IMG/VR virus record: IMGVR_UViG_3300025141_000133
Location: 1 to 53,222 of that record
Origin: a virus
Taxonomy: Duplodnaviria > Caudoviricetes
DNA: 53,222 nucleotides
Reading direction: 5' to 3' (one strand)
Within the stretch, counting starts at the first letter, position 1. Each line of letters begins with the position of its first letter. This document shows, one piece after another, positions 18,994 to 27,766 of the stretch. The notes beneath the pieces were generated by a model. That model saw nothing but the letters and a program-made list of their open reading frames with translations, was not told the origin of the DNA and did no database searches. A program made the position numbers and the translations under genes.

Positions 18994-19185
18994 ATGAGTA
19001 AATGTCATATATGTAGGAAACATCCCATAAAACATAAAGATTATAGATTCATAGATAGTTGTGGATTGCAAGGTAGCACACTTGTATGTGAATGGTGTGT
19101 AGGCTTAAATGATGTAGCCATAAAAGACATCATAAGAGACGAATTAAACCCAAAAGATTTTTATGTAAAGTTAGAACAAACATAA
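18994..19185 (+). CDS. Zinc-finger protein
   Basis: CHIC...CEWC. Confidence 0.7.
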   Translation: MSKCHICRKHPIKHKDYRFIDSCGLQGSTLVCEWCVGLNDVAIKDIIRDELNPKDFYVKLEQT

Positions 19186-19198
19186 TAAGGAGAAGCTA

Positions 19199-19612
19199 AT
19201 GAGTACAATGGGTACATATTACGAAGAAATGAAAGAGGAAAATAATTGGGACGAAGCGGATAAACATTATGAGTCGGAACAAGCAAAAAAGAATTATTGG
19301 AAGGAAGTAGCTATTAAATCCCGTATACTGGGATTAGAACGAATAACTAACCTCTCAGCTCAAAACTTGGCAGAATTGGAAGAGGAAATGGCTGATTATA
19401 GGAAGCAGACGGCTAGAGACTTCGAAAAAGAGGAAGCGAATTGGAAAGAGGAGAAAAATATTATAAGAAAGTATTTAAGTGCTAGAATAATCGAAGTAAA
19501 GAAGGAGCCATGGGAGTATTGGTGTGATCAGGAGCTTGATTTCTTAGAAACAGAGTTAGACCATCTTAATGAAGAATGTACAATATGTAAAAGATACTCA
19601 GGAGGAAAATAA
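19199..19612 (+). CDS. Acidic coiled-coil hypothetical protein
   Basis: AAGGAG SD. Confidence 0.75.
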   Translation: MSTMGTYYEEMKEENNWDEADKHYESEQAKKNYWKEVAIKSRILGLERITNLSAQNLAELEEEMADYRKQTARDFEKEEANWKEEKNIIRKYLSARIIEVKKEPWEYWCDQELDFLETELDHLNEECTICKRYSGGK

Positions 19613-19873
19613 ATGCCAAGAAATAATAGCCTATGGGCAGTAATAGAAGAACTAAGAGCAGAAATAGAGCAGATTGAAACACATTATGAAAATGCAATGC
19701 AAAGTCTGCAGGAACTAGATGTTGAAAATGCTAAACAAAAACAAATAATAGAAGAACAGAAAAGTAGTATGGATATGTTTATGTCGGGTGCAGAGAGAGG
19801 TAATAGAGAGGATAAAGCAGAAGAAAGAAGACAACACGAAAAAGAGCAAGAAGAAGGAGACAATCATGAGTGA
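19613..19873 (+). CDS. Coiled-coil hypothetical protein
   Basis: GGAGG SD. Confidence 0.7.
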   Translation: MPRNNSLWAVIEELRAEIEQIETHYENAMQSLQELDVENAKQKQIIEEQKSSMDMFMSGAERGNREDKAEERRQHEKEQEEGDNHE

Positions 19874-20246
19874 AAAACAAGTAAAATACCAACATGGAGA
19901 TGTATTAATACGACCAACTGACAACGAATTAGCAGAAGAATCTTTGAGTAGCGGGAAAACAATTCAGTTAGGTGGCGGTGGCGACGATAGAATCGTGTTA
20001 GCAAAAGGCGAAGCAACTGGACATGCACATGCCATTGATATGTTAAACCTTCCCAGCGATGTAGTTGTTACAACATATGGATCGGAATGGCGTAATAATG
20101 TTGATTTGCTTGGTATAAAAGGTGGTGATGTCGTGCTTACCCACGAAGAGCATAAGCCTATAACACTTCCACCTGGCAATTATGAGGTTACTATTGTCAG
20201 AGAGTTCGACCACTTGGCTGGACGTGCCAGAAACGTGTGGGATTAA
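19866..20246 (+). CDS. Conserved His-rich beta protein (partner of DUF6745-like genes)
   Basis: QHGDV, LAKGEATGHAHAI and HEEH.PI.LPPG.YEV..VRE motifs; SD before ATG 19866. Confidence 0.8.
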   Translation: MSEKQVKYQHGDVLIRPTDNELAEESLSSGKTIQLGGGGDDRIVLAKGEATGHAHAIDMLNLPSDVVVTTYGSEWRNNVDLLGIKGGDVVLTHEEHKPITLPPGNYEVTIVREFDHLAGRARNVWD

Positions 20247-21118
20247 ATATGAATCCACGTAAATTACTAGCAGAAGGTGAATCTGGGAGTGCATTTTCGT
20301 CTCGAGGGCCTCAAGGCTATAGGTGCAGTACTTACCATGCCGTGAAGTTTTCAAATAACATTGTAAGAGTTTATGTACCTCGTTACTATTATAGCCATAA
20401 CCGTGCAACTAAACCCATAGCCATTTTTAGGCAAGACAGTATAACAATATGTGATGAGTTTGGAATTCTTCCGCTTTTCCGCTTAGGATGGCTTCCTATT
20501 CACGGTTATAGAGTAATGCGTGGGGTGGGTATAATGCATATTTTTGGTAGAGGTTCAGTCCCTACGTTTGATGGTGCCCGTTTTGATTATAACGGGAACC
20601 TATTAAGCAATGTACCAAAAGATATTCAGAAAAAATACGTACTTGCTCAGACAGAAGACAGAGAAATACGTAACCGTAATGCACGAGCCCGTTATCACGA
20701 TAAAAAGGCAATTGCAAGATTGCGGAAGGCAACAGAGGGGTTGTATGATGATTGTAAGTTAGATGATATACCACTCAACGATGTCTTTAAGCTTCGCAAT
20801 TCGGCAAGCAGGAACATACTACTCAATCATTTTGGTGTAGAAAAGATACTCAGTTCTTTAGATTCAACGGAACTGGATAAGGATATGATTGATGGTCGTT
20901 CGTACCGTCTTGTGTCATTTGAAATGCCAGATTATGGTTCTGGTACTTCACTTGCAACATACTTGGAAATGGAAAATCCAAGCACGGGTGAAAAGCACCT
21001 TGAAGGTGTACCCAATTACGGTGAAGGTTGGAATGCAATTCCAGAGAATACTGTAATAGCTGCACTTGCATGGAGAGACGGCGAATCCGACTACATAAAA
21101 CCAGTAGTCTTAAGATAA
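20237..21118 (+). CDS. DUF6745-like protein
   Basis: C-terminal YLEMENPSTG...VP...T...ALAWR motif, next to the His-rich gene. Confidence 0.65.
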   Translation: MGLNMNPRKLLAEGESGSAFSSRGPQGYRCSTYHAVKFSNNIVRVYVPRYYYSHNRATKPIAIFRQDSITICDEFGILPLFRLGWLPIHGYRVMRGVGIMHIFGRGSVPTFDGARFDYNGNLLSNVPKDIQKKYVLAQTEDREIRNRNARARYHDKKAIARLRKATEGLYDDCKLDDIPLNDVFKLRNSASRNILLNHFGVEKILSSLDSTELDKDMIDGRSYRLVSFEMPDYGSGTSLATYLEMENPSTGEKHLEGVPNYGEGWNAIPENTVIAALAWRDGESDYIKPVVLR

Positions 21119-21141
21119 TGAAGTGTCAATAGTCCTATAAC

Positions 21142-21221
21142 TTTAAACCGAGCAAAGACCTCACGGAAGTTGAGTTAAGCTCATTAAAGGTACGTGGATA
21201 GCAACCACAGCTCGGTTTAAA
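21142..21221 (+). ncRNA. Candidate structured intergenic RNA element
   Basis: Perfect 12-bp stem tttaaaccgagc/gctcggtttaaa enclosing smaller hairpins. Confidence 0.5.
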
Positions 21222-21240
21222 CACTTAATAGAGGTTAATA

Positions 21241-21489
21241 ATGACTAAAGAACAATATGCTGATAAACTACTCAGATACATACAATCACTATTGATGTAC
21301 CCCTCCAGTCACTCATCTGAATTTTATTTGACAAAAATAAAAGAATATTTTGAGGAGTTCGGTGATTCGTATACACCAAATGCTCAAGATATAGAATTGG
21401 CTGATAAACCACTCAACGAAGATTGGGAGAAGAGGTTGGTTAAATTAGAGAAGTTCTTAGAAAAGAACACCAAAAGGAGAACAAAATGA
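21241..21489 (+). CDS. Hypothetical protein
   Basis: GAGGT SD. Confidence 0.7.
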   Translation: MTKEQYADKLLRYIQSLLMYPSSHSSEFYLTKIKEYFEEFGDSYTPNAQDIELADKPLNEDWEKRLVKLEKFLEKNTKRRTK

Positions 21490-21686
21490 AATGCTGTATA
21501 TGTAAAAATGAAATAGAACCTGATGCTATATCAGGTTGGGATAAAGGGCATAATCCATATCCAGTAAGAGATAAAGGAAAGTGTTGTGGTGAATGTAATG
21601 ATACAATAGTACTTCCAAGAAGATTATCTGATTATTTTATAGCCTCCCCATTAAACTGGCAACGCGAGCAAGAAATTGCTAAATAA
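21486..21686 (+). CDS. Small Cys-rich conserved phage protein
   Basis: CCIC...GHNPYPV...CCGECN..V.P.RL. Confidence 0.8.
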   Translation: MKCCICKNEIEPDAISGWDKGHNPYPVRDKGKCCGECNDTIVLPRRLSDYFIASPLNWQREQEIAK

Positions 21687-21700
21687 AGGAGAAATAAGAA

Positions 21701-21904
21701 ATGATCCAGAAAACTAAACTAAAAAAGAAGTTTAACGAAGCAGGATTACAAATAACTAAAGAAGCTATCGAATTATTAGACCGCATAATCGATAAACAAG
21801 TACACAATTGGATAAGAAAAACGAAAGAAAGTAACGTCAAAAGGTTAACAGGTACATTAATATGGATTGTAGTTGGTTCATACAGCAAGGAGTCGGATAA
21901 TTGA
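21701..21904 (+). CDS. Putative histone-fold protein (phage histone-like)
   Basis: 67 aa; a1 (KTKLKKKF), L1 (GLQITKEA), long a2 and L2 (NVKRLT) match the layout of minimal prokaryotic histones. Confidence 0.7.
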   Translation: MIQKTKLKKKFNEAGLQITKEAIELLDRIIDKQVHNWIRKTKESNVKRLTGTLIWIVVGSYSKESDN

Positions 21905-22257
21905 AAAAGGAGGAAACAATGATAGTAAGTGAGTGTTGTAATGCATTACCTTATCCTGAAGTATATGAAAACATGGGAAAATGCAGTAAATGCAAGGAAG
22001 ATTCAATGTTTTATGAAGAAGACGAATTCGATGAAGAAATAGAACAAATCGTCGATTGTAAATTATTAGAAGAAGAGCTTGAAAAAGCTCATAAACAAGT
22101 AAAAATCGCTAAAGATGCCTTTAAGTTTTTATCTGGACATCCTACTTCATCCCTAAACTATAAGTATATATCAAAACAAGCACTTGACGAAATGTTCCCA
22201 AAAGCTGAAGTGTTGGTGAGAGAAAGAAAAAAGGGATTAGACGTAATAATTAAATAA
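21901..22257 (+). CDS. Zinc-binding hypothetical protein
   Basis: SECCNA...CSKCKE; true start probably MIVSECC. Confidence 0.7.
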   Translation: MKKEETMIVSECCNALPYPEVYENMGKCSKCKEDSMFYEEDEFDEEIEQIVDCKLLEEELEKAHKQVKIAKDAFKFLSGHPTSSLNYKYISKQALDEMFPKAEVLVRERKKGLDVIIK

Positions 22258-22473
22258 TTAAATACATCTCCCCACAGGATTCCCAATTATAGGAGTAAAT
22301 AATATGACAGTTGGTCTACAAATCACAAAATGGTTATCATCAAAAAAAGATCTAAAGTGGCTAAAAAGTGAGCAAAGACGCTTAAAAACAAAAGGAATTG
22401 AAACAGTAATAGTAGAAGAAAAAAACGGTACAGATAAGAAACACGCACTATGTAGGACTAAGGAGAGTAAATA

Positions 22474-23526
22474 ATGCACGAAATAATGAACGATAATGCA
22501 ATGTTTTCAGTAGGTGATCTACCATGGCATAAACTAGGTAAAGTGCTAGATATACCACCATCAACTGAAGAAGCACTGGAACTAGCAGAGCTCAATTGGA
22601 AAGTACATAAACAAGAAACATACATACAAGCCAAAGAAGCTGAAGATAATCTCATAGGATGTGTTCAGCCATTTGATGAAGTCTTGCTAGATACAGGGGA
22701 AGACTTCAAAACTGGTTATTATTGTACCTATAGAATCCAGGATGATATGCCAGTAATACTCGGACATGTATCCAGCCGTTATGAAGTACTTCAGAACATA
22801 GAAGCATTTCAGCCATTTGATGAAGTCTTGTTAGATGCAGGTTACACTTATGAGACAGCAGGAGCAGTAAAAGATGGTAAAAGAGTATGGATATTAGCAA
22901 AAGCACCTGAAAGTGCATTAGTAGGGGATGACAAAATAGAACCATACGTATTATTATTTAATTCACATGATGGCTCTACAGCAGTTATAATGAAACCTAC
23001 AATAGTAAGAGTAGTTTGTAACAATACATTAGAAGTAGCATTAAAATCAAGCTGGCAGGTCAAAATAAAGCACACAACAGGAGTAAAAGACCGTCTAGAC
23101 AACTTAACCAAAGCACTTTCATCCGTAGAGGGTAACATAAGAAAATCTGTAGAAGTTATGAATATGATGACAGATATCAGTATGGGTGTACATGATGCAA
23201 CTGAATACTTCGAAAACGTATTTCCTAAATTAGTTAATAGAGGTATTGAGACCAGAAATCCACTAACTGGTAGAAAAGATCCTGATTTCCAACAAGCTAT
23301 TTATGATAAACTTCTCACAAACTTTGTAGCTGGTAGGGGAAATAAAGGCTATAATCTTTGGCATGCTTATAACGCAGTAACAGAGTATGTTGATCATAAT
23401 AAGTCGTACAAAGATTGGGTCGAATCAGTAGGATTCGGATGGGGATCTAAGGTAAAGCTAGATGCATTCACAGAAGCTAATAATTTAGTGAGTGCTGACA
23501 CAAAAGTGATTGAATACGTTAATTAA
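22474..23526 (+). CDS. DUF932 / TIGR03299-family protein
   Basis: PWHKLG, YEVLQN.EAF, ETAG...G.RVW, LLFNSHDGS, RVVC.NTL and LW.AYNAVTEYVDH motifs. Confidence 0.9.
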   Translation: MHEIMNDNAMFSVGDLPWHKLGKVLDIPPSTEEALELAELNWKVHKQETYIQAKEAEDNLIGCVQPFDEVLLDTGEDFKTGYYCTYRIQDDMPVILGHVSSRYEVLQNIEAFQPFDEVLLDAGYTYETAGAVKDGKRVWILAKAPESALVGDDKIEPYVLLFNSHDGSTAVIMKPTIVRVVCNNTLEVALKSSWQVKIKHTTGVKDRLDNLTKALSSVEGNIRKSVEVMNMMTDISMGVHDATEYFENVFPKLVNRGIETRNPLTGRKDPDFQQAIYDKLLTNFVAGRGNKGYNLWHAYNAVTEYVDHNKSYKDWVESVGFGWGSKVKLDAFTEANNLVSADTKVIEYVN

Positions 23527-23538
23527 ATGTATTATATT
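23510..23538 (+). promoter_or_regulatory. Sigma70-like promoter for the recombination/replication module
   Basis: TTGAAT-N17-TATATT ~30 nt before ATG 23571. Confidence 0.65.
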
Positions 23539-23570
23539 TAGGCACCATCTAAGTTAAATAAGGAGACTAA

Positions 23571-24287
23571 ATGGTTAAATCAACGGACAAGTTCTACCCT
23601 ACCTCATCTCGGGAAGTAAAAACAGACAATCCGCACATATTATTATTGTACGGCCCACCTAAAATAGGTAAAACTACTATGCTATCAAAGCTAGACGGCT
23701 GTTTAATAGTAGATACAGAAAAAGGAAGTCATATGATTAAAGGACTCATAGCAGAAGTAAACAGCTATGAAGAATTTAAGTCTTTCATTGCTGAAGCATA
23801 TGAACACAGGAAAGAATGGGGGATAACAGAGAGGTACCTGGCTGTAGATACTATAGATAAACTAGTAGACTGGATAGAGCAGGAAATAGTAGCAAATCAC
23901 AATAATGAACATCAACAGAAAATAGAATACTTTGGTGATCTAGCCTATGGTAAAGGATATGCTATACAAAGAGACAAAATAACCAAAATCATAAACCATC
24001 TAGAAATGATCACAAAGTACATCATCATTATTGGACATAGAAAGCTAGGAAGTACAGATGAAGCAGGTATAGTAAGTCCACAATCACTTGATCTAACTGG
24101 CAAGCTGAAAAACATGCTAATGTCAAGAAGTGATGCAATTGGGTATGTCTTTAGAGATGATGATGAAAACCTTAAAATATCCTTTAAATCCGATGGTACA
24201 CTCGAAGCTGGCAGTAGATGTAAGCATCTCAGAGGAAAGGTAGTAGACTTTGAATGGAATAACATATACATCAATGAAGGAGACTAA
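23571..24287 (+). CDS. Sak4-like AAA ATPase (single-strand annealing recombinase)
   Basis: LLYGPPKIGKTT, DTEKG, LAVDTID, YGKGY, IIGH and DAIGY motifs; followed by an SSB-like gene. Confidence 0.8.
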   Translation: MVKSTDKFYPTSSREVKTDNPHILLLYGPPKIGKTTMLSKLDGCLIVDTEKGSHMIKGLIAEVNSYEEFKSFIAEAYEHRKEWGITERYLAVDTIDKLVDWIEQEIVANHNNEHQQKIEYFGDLAYGKGYAIQRDKITKIINHLEMITKYIIIIGHRKLGSTDEAGIVSPQSLDLTGKLKNMLMSRSDAIGYVFRDDDENLKISFKSDGTLEAGSRCKHLRGKVVDFEWNNIYINEGD

Positions 24288-24290
24288 AAA

Positions 24291-24848
24291 ATGGCAATAA
24301 CAGGAACGAATGCACCATCCAAAAGCAGCAACAATGGTAAAGGATATTTCGTAAATCATTTTACCGTTGAGTTAGTAGAACAGCAGTCCAATCAATATAA
24401 AGACACCAGTATCATGGTAAAGGCAGTAGATAACGAAACTGAATTCGTAAAAACCTTCTTCATAAATGGTAATTATGAAAGAGACGAGCAGAATTCTGCT
24501 GTTATTGGCTGGAAATTTCCTGAATTAATAAATGACTTCTTCCATAGAATAGGATCTAAGCTTAATGTAGGAGACAACGGTATAATTTCTGATGAATCAA
24601 TAGATGATGCCAAAGGTAAGGAATTTTATGGTATTGTCTATTACAGTACAGGAAAATACAAATACAATTGCTGGAACCAAATAGCTTCCATTGATGAAGG
24701 AGACGAATACCTCGCAGACGTATTTGAAGTAGAATTAGGCAAAGGCTATCCGAGAGACTTCAAAAAGTACGGTATTAATGATTCGTCAGACACAGAGTTT
24801 AACTATGGTGCTAATGTTAATTCCACAAGCTCCATTGATAATCTATGA
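24291..24848 (+). CDS. Putative ssDNA-binding protein
   Basis: Follows the Sak4-like gene; beta-rich with acidic tail. Confidence 0.55.
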   Translation: MAITGTNAPSKSSNNGKGYFVNHFTVELVEQQSNQYKDTSIMVKAVDNETEFVKTFFINGNYERDEQNSAVIGWKFPELINDFFHRIGSKLNVGDNGIISDESIDDAKGKEFYGIVYYSTGKYKYNCWNQIASIDEGDEYLADVFEVELGKGYPRDFKKYGINDSSDTEFNYGANVNSTSSIDNL

Positions 24849-25108
24849 TTACTGTAGATTCAATGCTAATCGAATGGTTAGAAAGCAGGGTAACAAATGG
24901 TTGCCCTGCCATAGCAACTCATGAATTCGATGATGCAAGACACTATATGAATAGGAAGTATAAACGAATGCATACTACTGCTACCATAGAACGTGCGTGG
25001 AGAAAACTCAGAGAAGAAAAACAAATAAAAACATTAGATGCAAGCATACTAGGGAGCAAAGAAAAAAGATGGTGGATAGTGAAAATCAATACATTGAAAT
25101 CGCAGTAG
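24845..25108 (+). CDS. Winged-helix-like hypothetical protein
   Basis: TIERAWRKLRE helix followed by a beta hairpin. Confidence 0.55.
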   Translation: MITVDSMLIEWLESRVTNGCPAIATHEFDDARHYMNRKYKRMHTTATIERAWRKLREEKQIKTLDASILGSKEKRWWIVKINTLKSQ

Positions 25109-26868
25109 GACACCCAAGAAATCGTGGCACAATAATAAGAAAATCAGAATTACAAAACTATATGACAAACGGACAACCATTATTCCGTTCATATTATAGT
25201 TATGATAATGAAGTAGTAGAACACTTTAAGTCACGAAAAACAATCAAAAACTTTGCAGGTAAGTATTATCTTGATAGAATCATATTCGACATAGATAAAG
25301 GAACGAATAGTGATAAGCTTACTCTGCAAAAAGTAATTACATTTATAGATGGGTTAAAAGTAATACATAGTGTTCCAAAAGACTGGATCCAAATATGGTT
25401 CAGTGGCAGAGGCTATCACATAGTAATCCCAGATATATTTGGATTTGAACCCAGCAGTACACTCCCTCAAATAGTAAAGATAAATCTAGAAACTAATTTT
25501 CCTGAAGCCGACAATATTTATGATGGAGCCAGGCTTATAAGAGTTGGTTTTACTGTAAATGAAAAGACAGACGGATATTATAAGACACCTATAACATATA
25601 AAGAGCTTACTACATTAAGCACAGAAGAGATAAAAGAACTATCCAAAACAATAAGAGGCGATTATATATTCAATAAGATAGATAGTGATACTACCTTACT
25701 GCCTATTATTAAATCAAAAGAGATAAAAAGAGTAAGTAAAGAACAAACAGAGTTTGATCCAACAGGTGTAATAACATGTGTACAAAACATGTGGAAAGAA
25801 GGAGACGTACCTGGTAATAGGCATAAGAAACTTCTTAGAATGGCAAGTCACTACTTTAGAAATGGTATCCCAATGGATGGCACTAACTCCATGTTAACTA
25901 GTTGGGCAGATAGCTTAGACTCCTCTGAAGTAAAAAGAATCGTTAAAGATGTCTGGAACAAAGGATATAGGTACGGATGTTTTGATTCTGTAATGGATAA
26001 ATACTGCGAATCAAAATGTATGCTATATTCTAATAAGCAAAAGAATGTTGACGGCTTAGTACCAATCTTAACTGCACAGCAAATGGAGCAAAATTATATC
26101 CATAGGCTAAGAAATAATGTTAAGAACAAAGGATTTAATTTGGCAGATATCTATAATCTATCAGGAGCAGACTACTGGATACTACCAGGAGATATGGTAA
26201 TAATAGAAGGAGATACAGGCTTAGGTAAAACATCATTTGTACAGAATTGGGTAGTAGGTACAGAATATTTAAAAGTACTGTGGCTTACTCTAGAAAATAC
26301 TGTAGATCTTATGTACAGAAGATTCTTACAGATAGCAATGGGTAAAACAAAAGAAGAAGTAGACAATCACTATCTTAATAATGATAACACATGGAGTGAC
26401 GTATTATCGCATATTAACTGTATGTCAATTCCACCTACTATTAAATCAATAGAACAACAAGTAGCACAACTATCCCCACAAATATTAGTAGTAGATACTA
26501 TAGACTGCATAAGAGTATCAAAATACGTTCATGATGGTATGTTTAAGATTGATTCTATCATAGAAGGCCTACGTAACATAGCAACTCAAAAGGACATTAT
26601 AGTAATTGGTGTAAGTCACATAAGTAAAGCTGATTCTAGAATGGGAGCTCTTGATGTACATAGTGGTAAGGGGTCTAGTTCTATTGCTCAAAAGGCTGAC
26701 AAAGTAATATCCATTGAAGGAAAACGTAACGCAATTAATAGAACAATTATAAGTCAAAAGAACAGGGATGATTCACGTTTCAGGATATCATGTGATTTTG
26801 ATTTTTCTACGTTTAGGTTTAAGCAAGTAGAATTACCATTCACAGTGTTTCCCTCAGATAATAAATAA
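24997..26868 (+). CDS. AEP primase-polymerase / PriL-like / SF4 helicase fusion (start probably MVDSENQ)
   Basis: IIFDID, FSGRGYH, DNIYD..RLIR; Cys cluster; GDTGLGKT, LVVDTID, VSHISK, SIAQKADKV. Confidence 0.88.
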   Translation: MEKTQRRKTNKNIRCKHTREQRKKMVDSENQYIEIAVGHPRNRGTIIRKSELQNYMTNGQPLFRSYYSYDNEVVEHFKSRKTIKNFAGKYYLDRIIFDIDKGTNSDKLTLQKVITFIDGLKVIHSVPKDWIQIWFSGRGYHIVIPDIFGFEPSSTLPQIVKINLETNFPEADNIYDGARLIRVGFTVNEKTDGYYKTPITYKELTTLSTEEIKELSKTIRGDYIFNKIDSDTTLLPIIKSKEIKRVSKEQTEFDPTGVITCVQNMWKEGDVPGNRHKKLLRMASHYFRNGIPMDGTNSMLTSWADSLDSSEVKRIVKDVWNKGYRYGCFDSVMDKYCESKCMLYSNKQKNVDGLVPILTAQQMEQNYIHRLRNNVKNKGFNLADIYNLSGADYWILPGDMVIIEGDTGLGKTSFVQNWVVGTEYLKVLWLTLENTVDLMYRRFLQIAMGKTKEEVDNHYLNNDNTWSDVLSHINCMSIPPTIKSIEQQVAQLSPQILVVDTIDCIRVSKYVHDGMFKIDSIIEGLRNIATQKDIIVIGVSHISKADSRMGALDVHSGKGSSSIAQKADKVISIEGKRNAINRTIISQKNRDDSRFRISCDFDFSTFRFKQVELPFTVFPSDNK

Positions 26869-26880
26869 AGGAACATAACT

Positions 26881-27099
26881 ATGGCAAAAGTGAAAGGAAT
26901 GTTATTACAAATCAATCACTTAGGCAGCAGCTCAAAGGAAACATCAGGAATACAGTTAATAATCTTTCACTTATTCTCTTTCACACTTATCCACAGCGAA
27001 ATAGCAGGTAGCCACTTAAGCTTCGGATTTGGACTAATACCTGTTGAAATATCTATGCAGTTTAGTTTTTGGGAAGGTAGGTATGGACAATATAAGTAA
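26881..27099 (+). CDS. Hypothetical hydrophobic beta protein
   Basis: AAGGA SD. Confidence 0.6.
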   Translation: MAKVKGMLLQINHLGSSSKETSGIQLIIFHLFSFTLIHSEIAGSHLSFGFGLIPVEISMQFSFWEGRYGQYK

Positions 27100-27337
27100 A
27101 GAAGGAAGCATGATAATAAGGTTCTCCATAAATGAAGTATCAAAATTACTATACGCTTTAAGGTATGTCATAACCAATAAAACTCAAAAGTCAAATGAAA
27201 GCAGAGAATGGATAGACAGTTATGGAGAACTAATATCAGACATAGAAGGAATGTTAAAAAAATATGAAAAAGCAGAATCAGCAGAGAGGAAGAAGGAATC
27301 GTCAGAGGGGAGCAGAGTTACAGAGACAAGTAGTTAA
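27044..27337 (+). CDS. Hypothetical protein
   Basis: In the operon; start uncertain. Confidence 0.55.
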   Translation: MKYLCSLVFGKVGMDNISKEGSMIIRFSINEVSKLLYALRYVITNKTQKSNESREWIDSYGELISDIEGMLKKYEKAESAERKKESSEGSRVTETSS

Positions 27338-27629
27338 GACTGCCAAAATATATGGTTTAGATGCTTGGAATAGAGATCGAGGTGGTGCTCAGCACGAACA
27401 AGGAGATGTTGAGATAAGCACAATCTACTTTGGCTGCAAACGTCGAAAAAGCTGTGCCCAGTGGCTATATCCTGAGAAAGATGAATGGGGAGTATTCTTT
27501 AGAGAAGACAATGGTAAACTAATGGTATCTATTCCAGCTGAGTTCTTGTTTGATCTTATGTCTGAATTTCTATATACCTCAACTGACCATATTAGAGATA
27601 GGATTAACCCAAATTGGAGAGATAAATAA
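27264..27629 (+). CDS. Holliday junction resolvase-like PD-(D/E)xK nuclease
   Basis: RRNRQRGAELQRQV, GDV and GCKRRK motifs of Hjc-type resolvases. Confidence 0.7.
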   Translation: MKKQNQQRGRRNRQRGAELQRQVVKTAKIYGLDAWNRDRGGAQHEQGDVEISTIYFGCKRRKSCAQWLYPEKDEWGVFFREDNGKLMVSIPAEFLFDLMSEFLYTSTDHIRDRINPNWRDK

Positions 27630-27760
27630 TGCAGATAGCAACATGGATAGCAGATATATGGTTATTAGCATGCAGTTTGATACTCATAGTAGTCTCTATT
27701 TTCTTTATAGCACTAGGAGTTGTAGCAATTGGAGACTACATAACAAACAGAAAAAGATAA
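27629..27760 (+). CDS. Small membrane protein (43 aa)
   Basis: MQIATWIADIWLLACSLILIVVSIFFIALGVV...; GGAG SD; below the ORF-track cutoff. Confidence 0.6.
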   Translation: MQIATWIADIWLLACSLILIVVSIFFIALGVVAIGDYITNRKR

Positions 27761-27766
27761 TTATTA

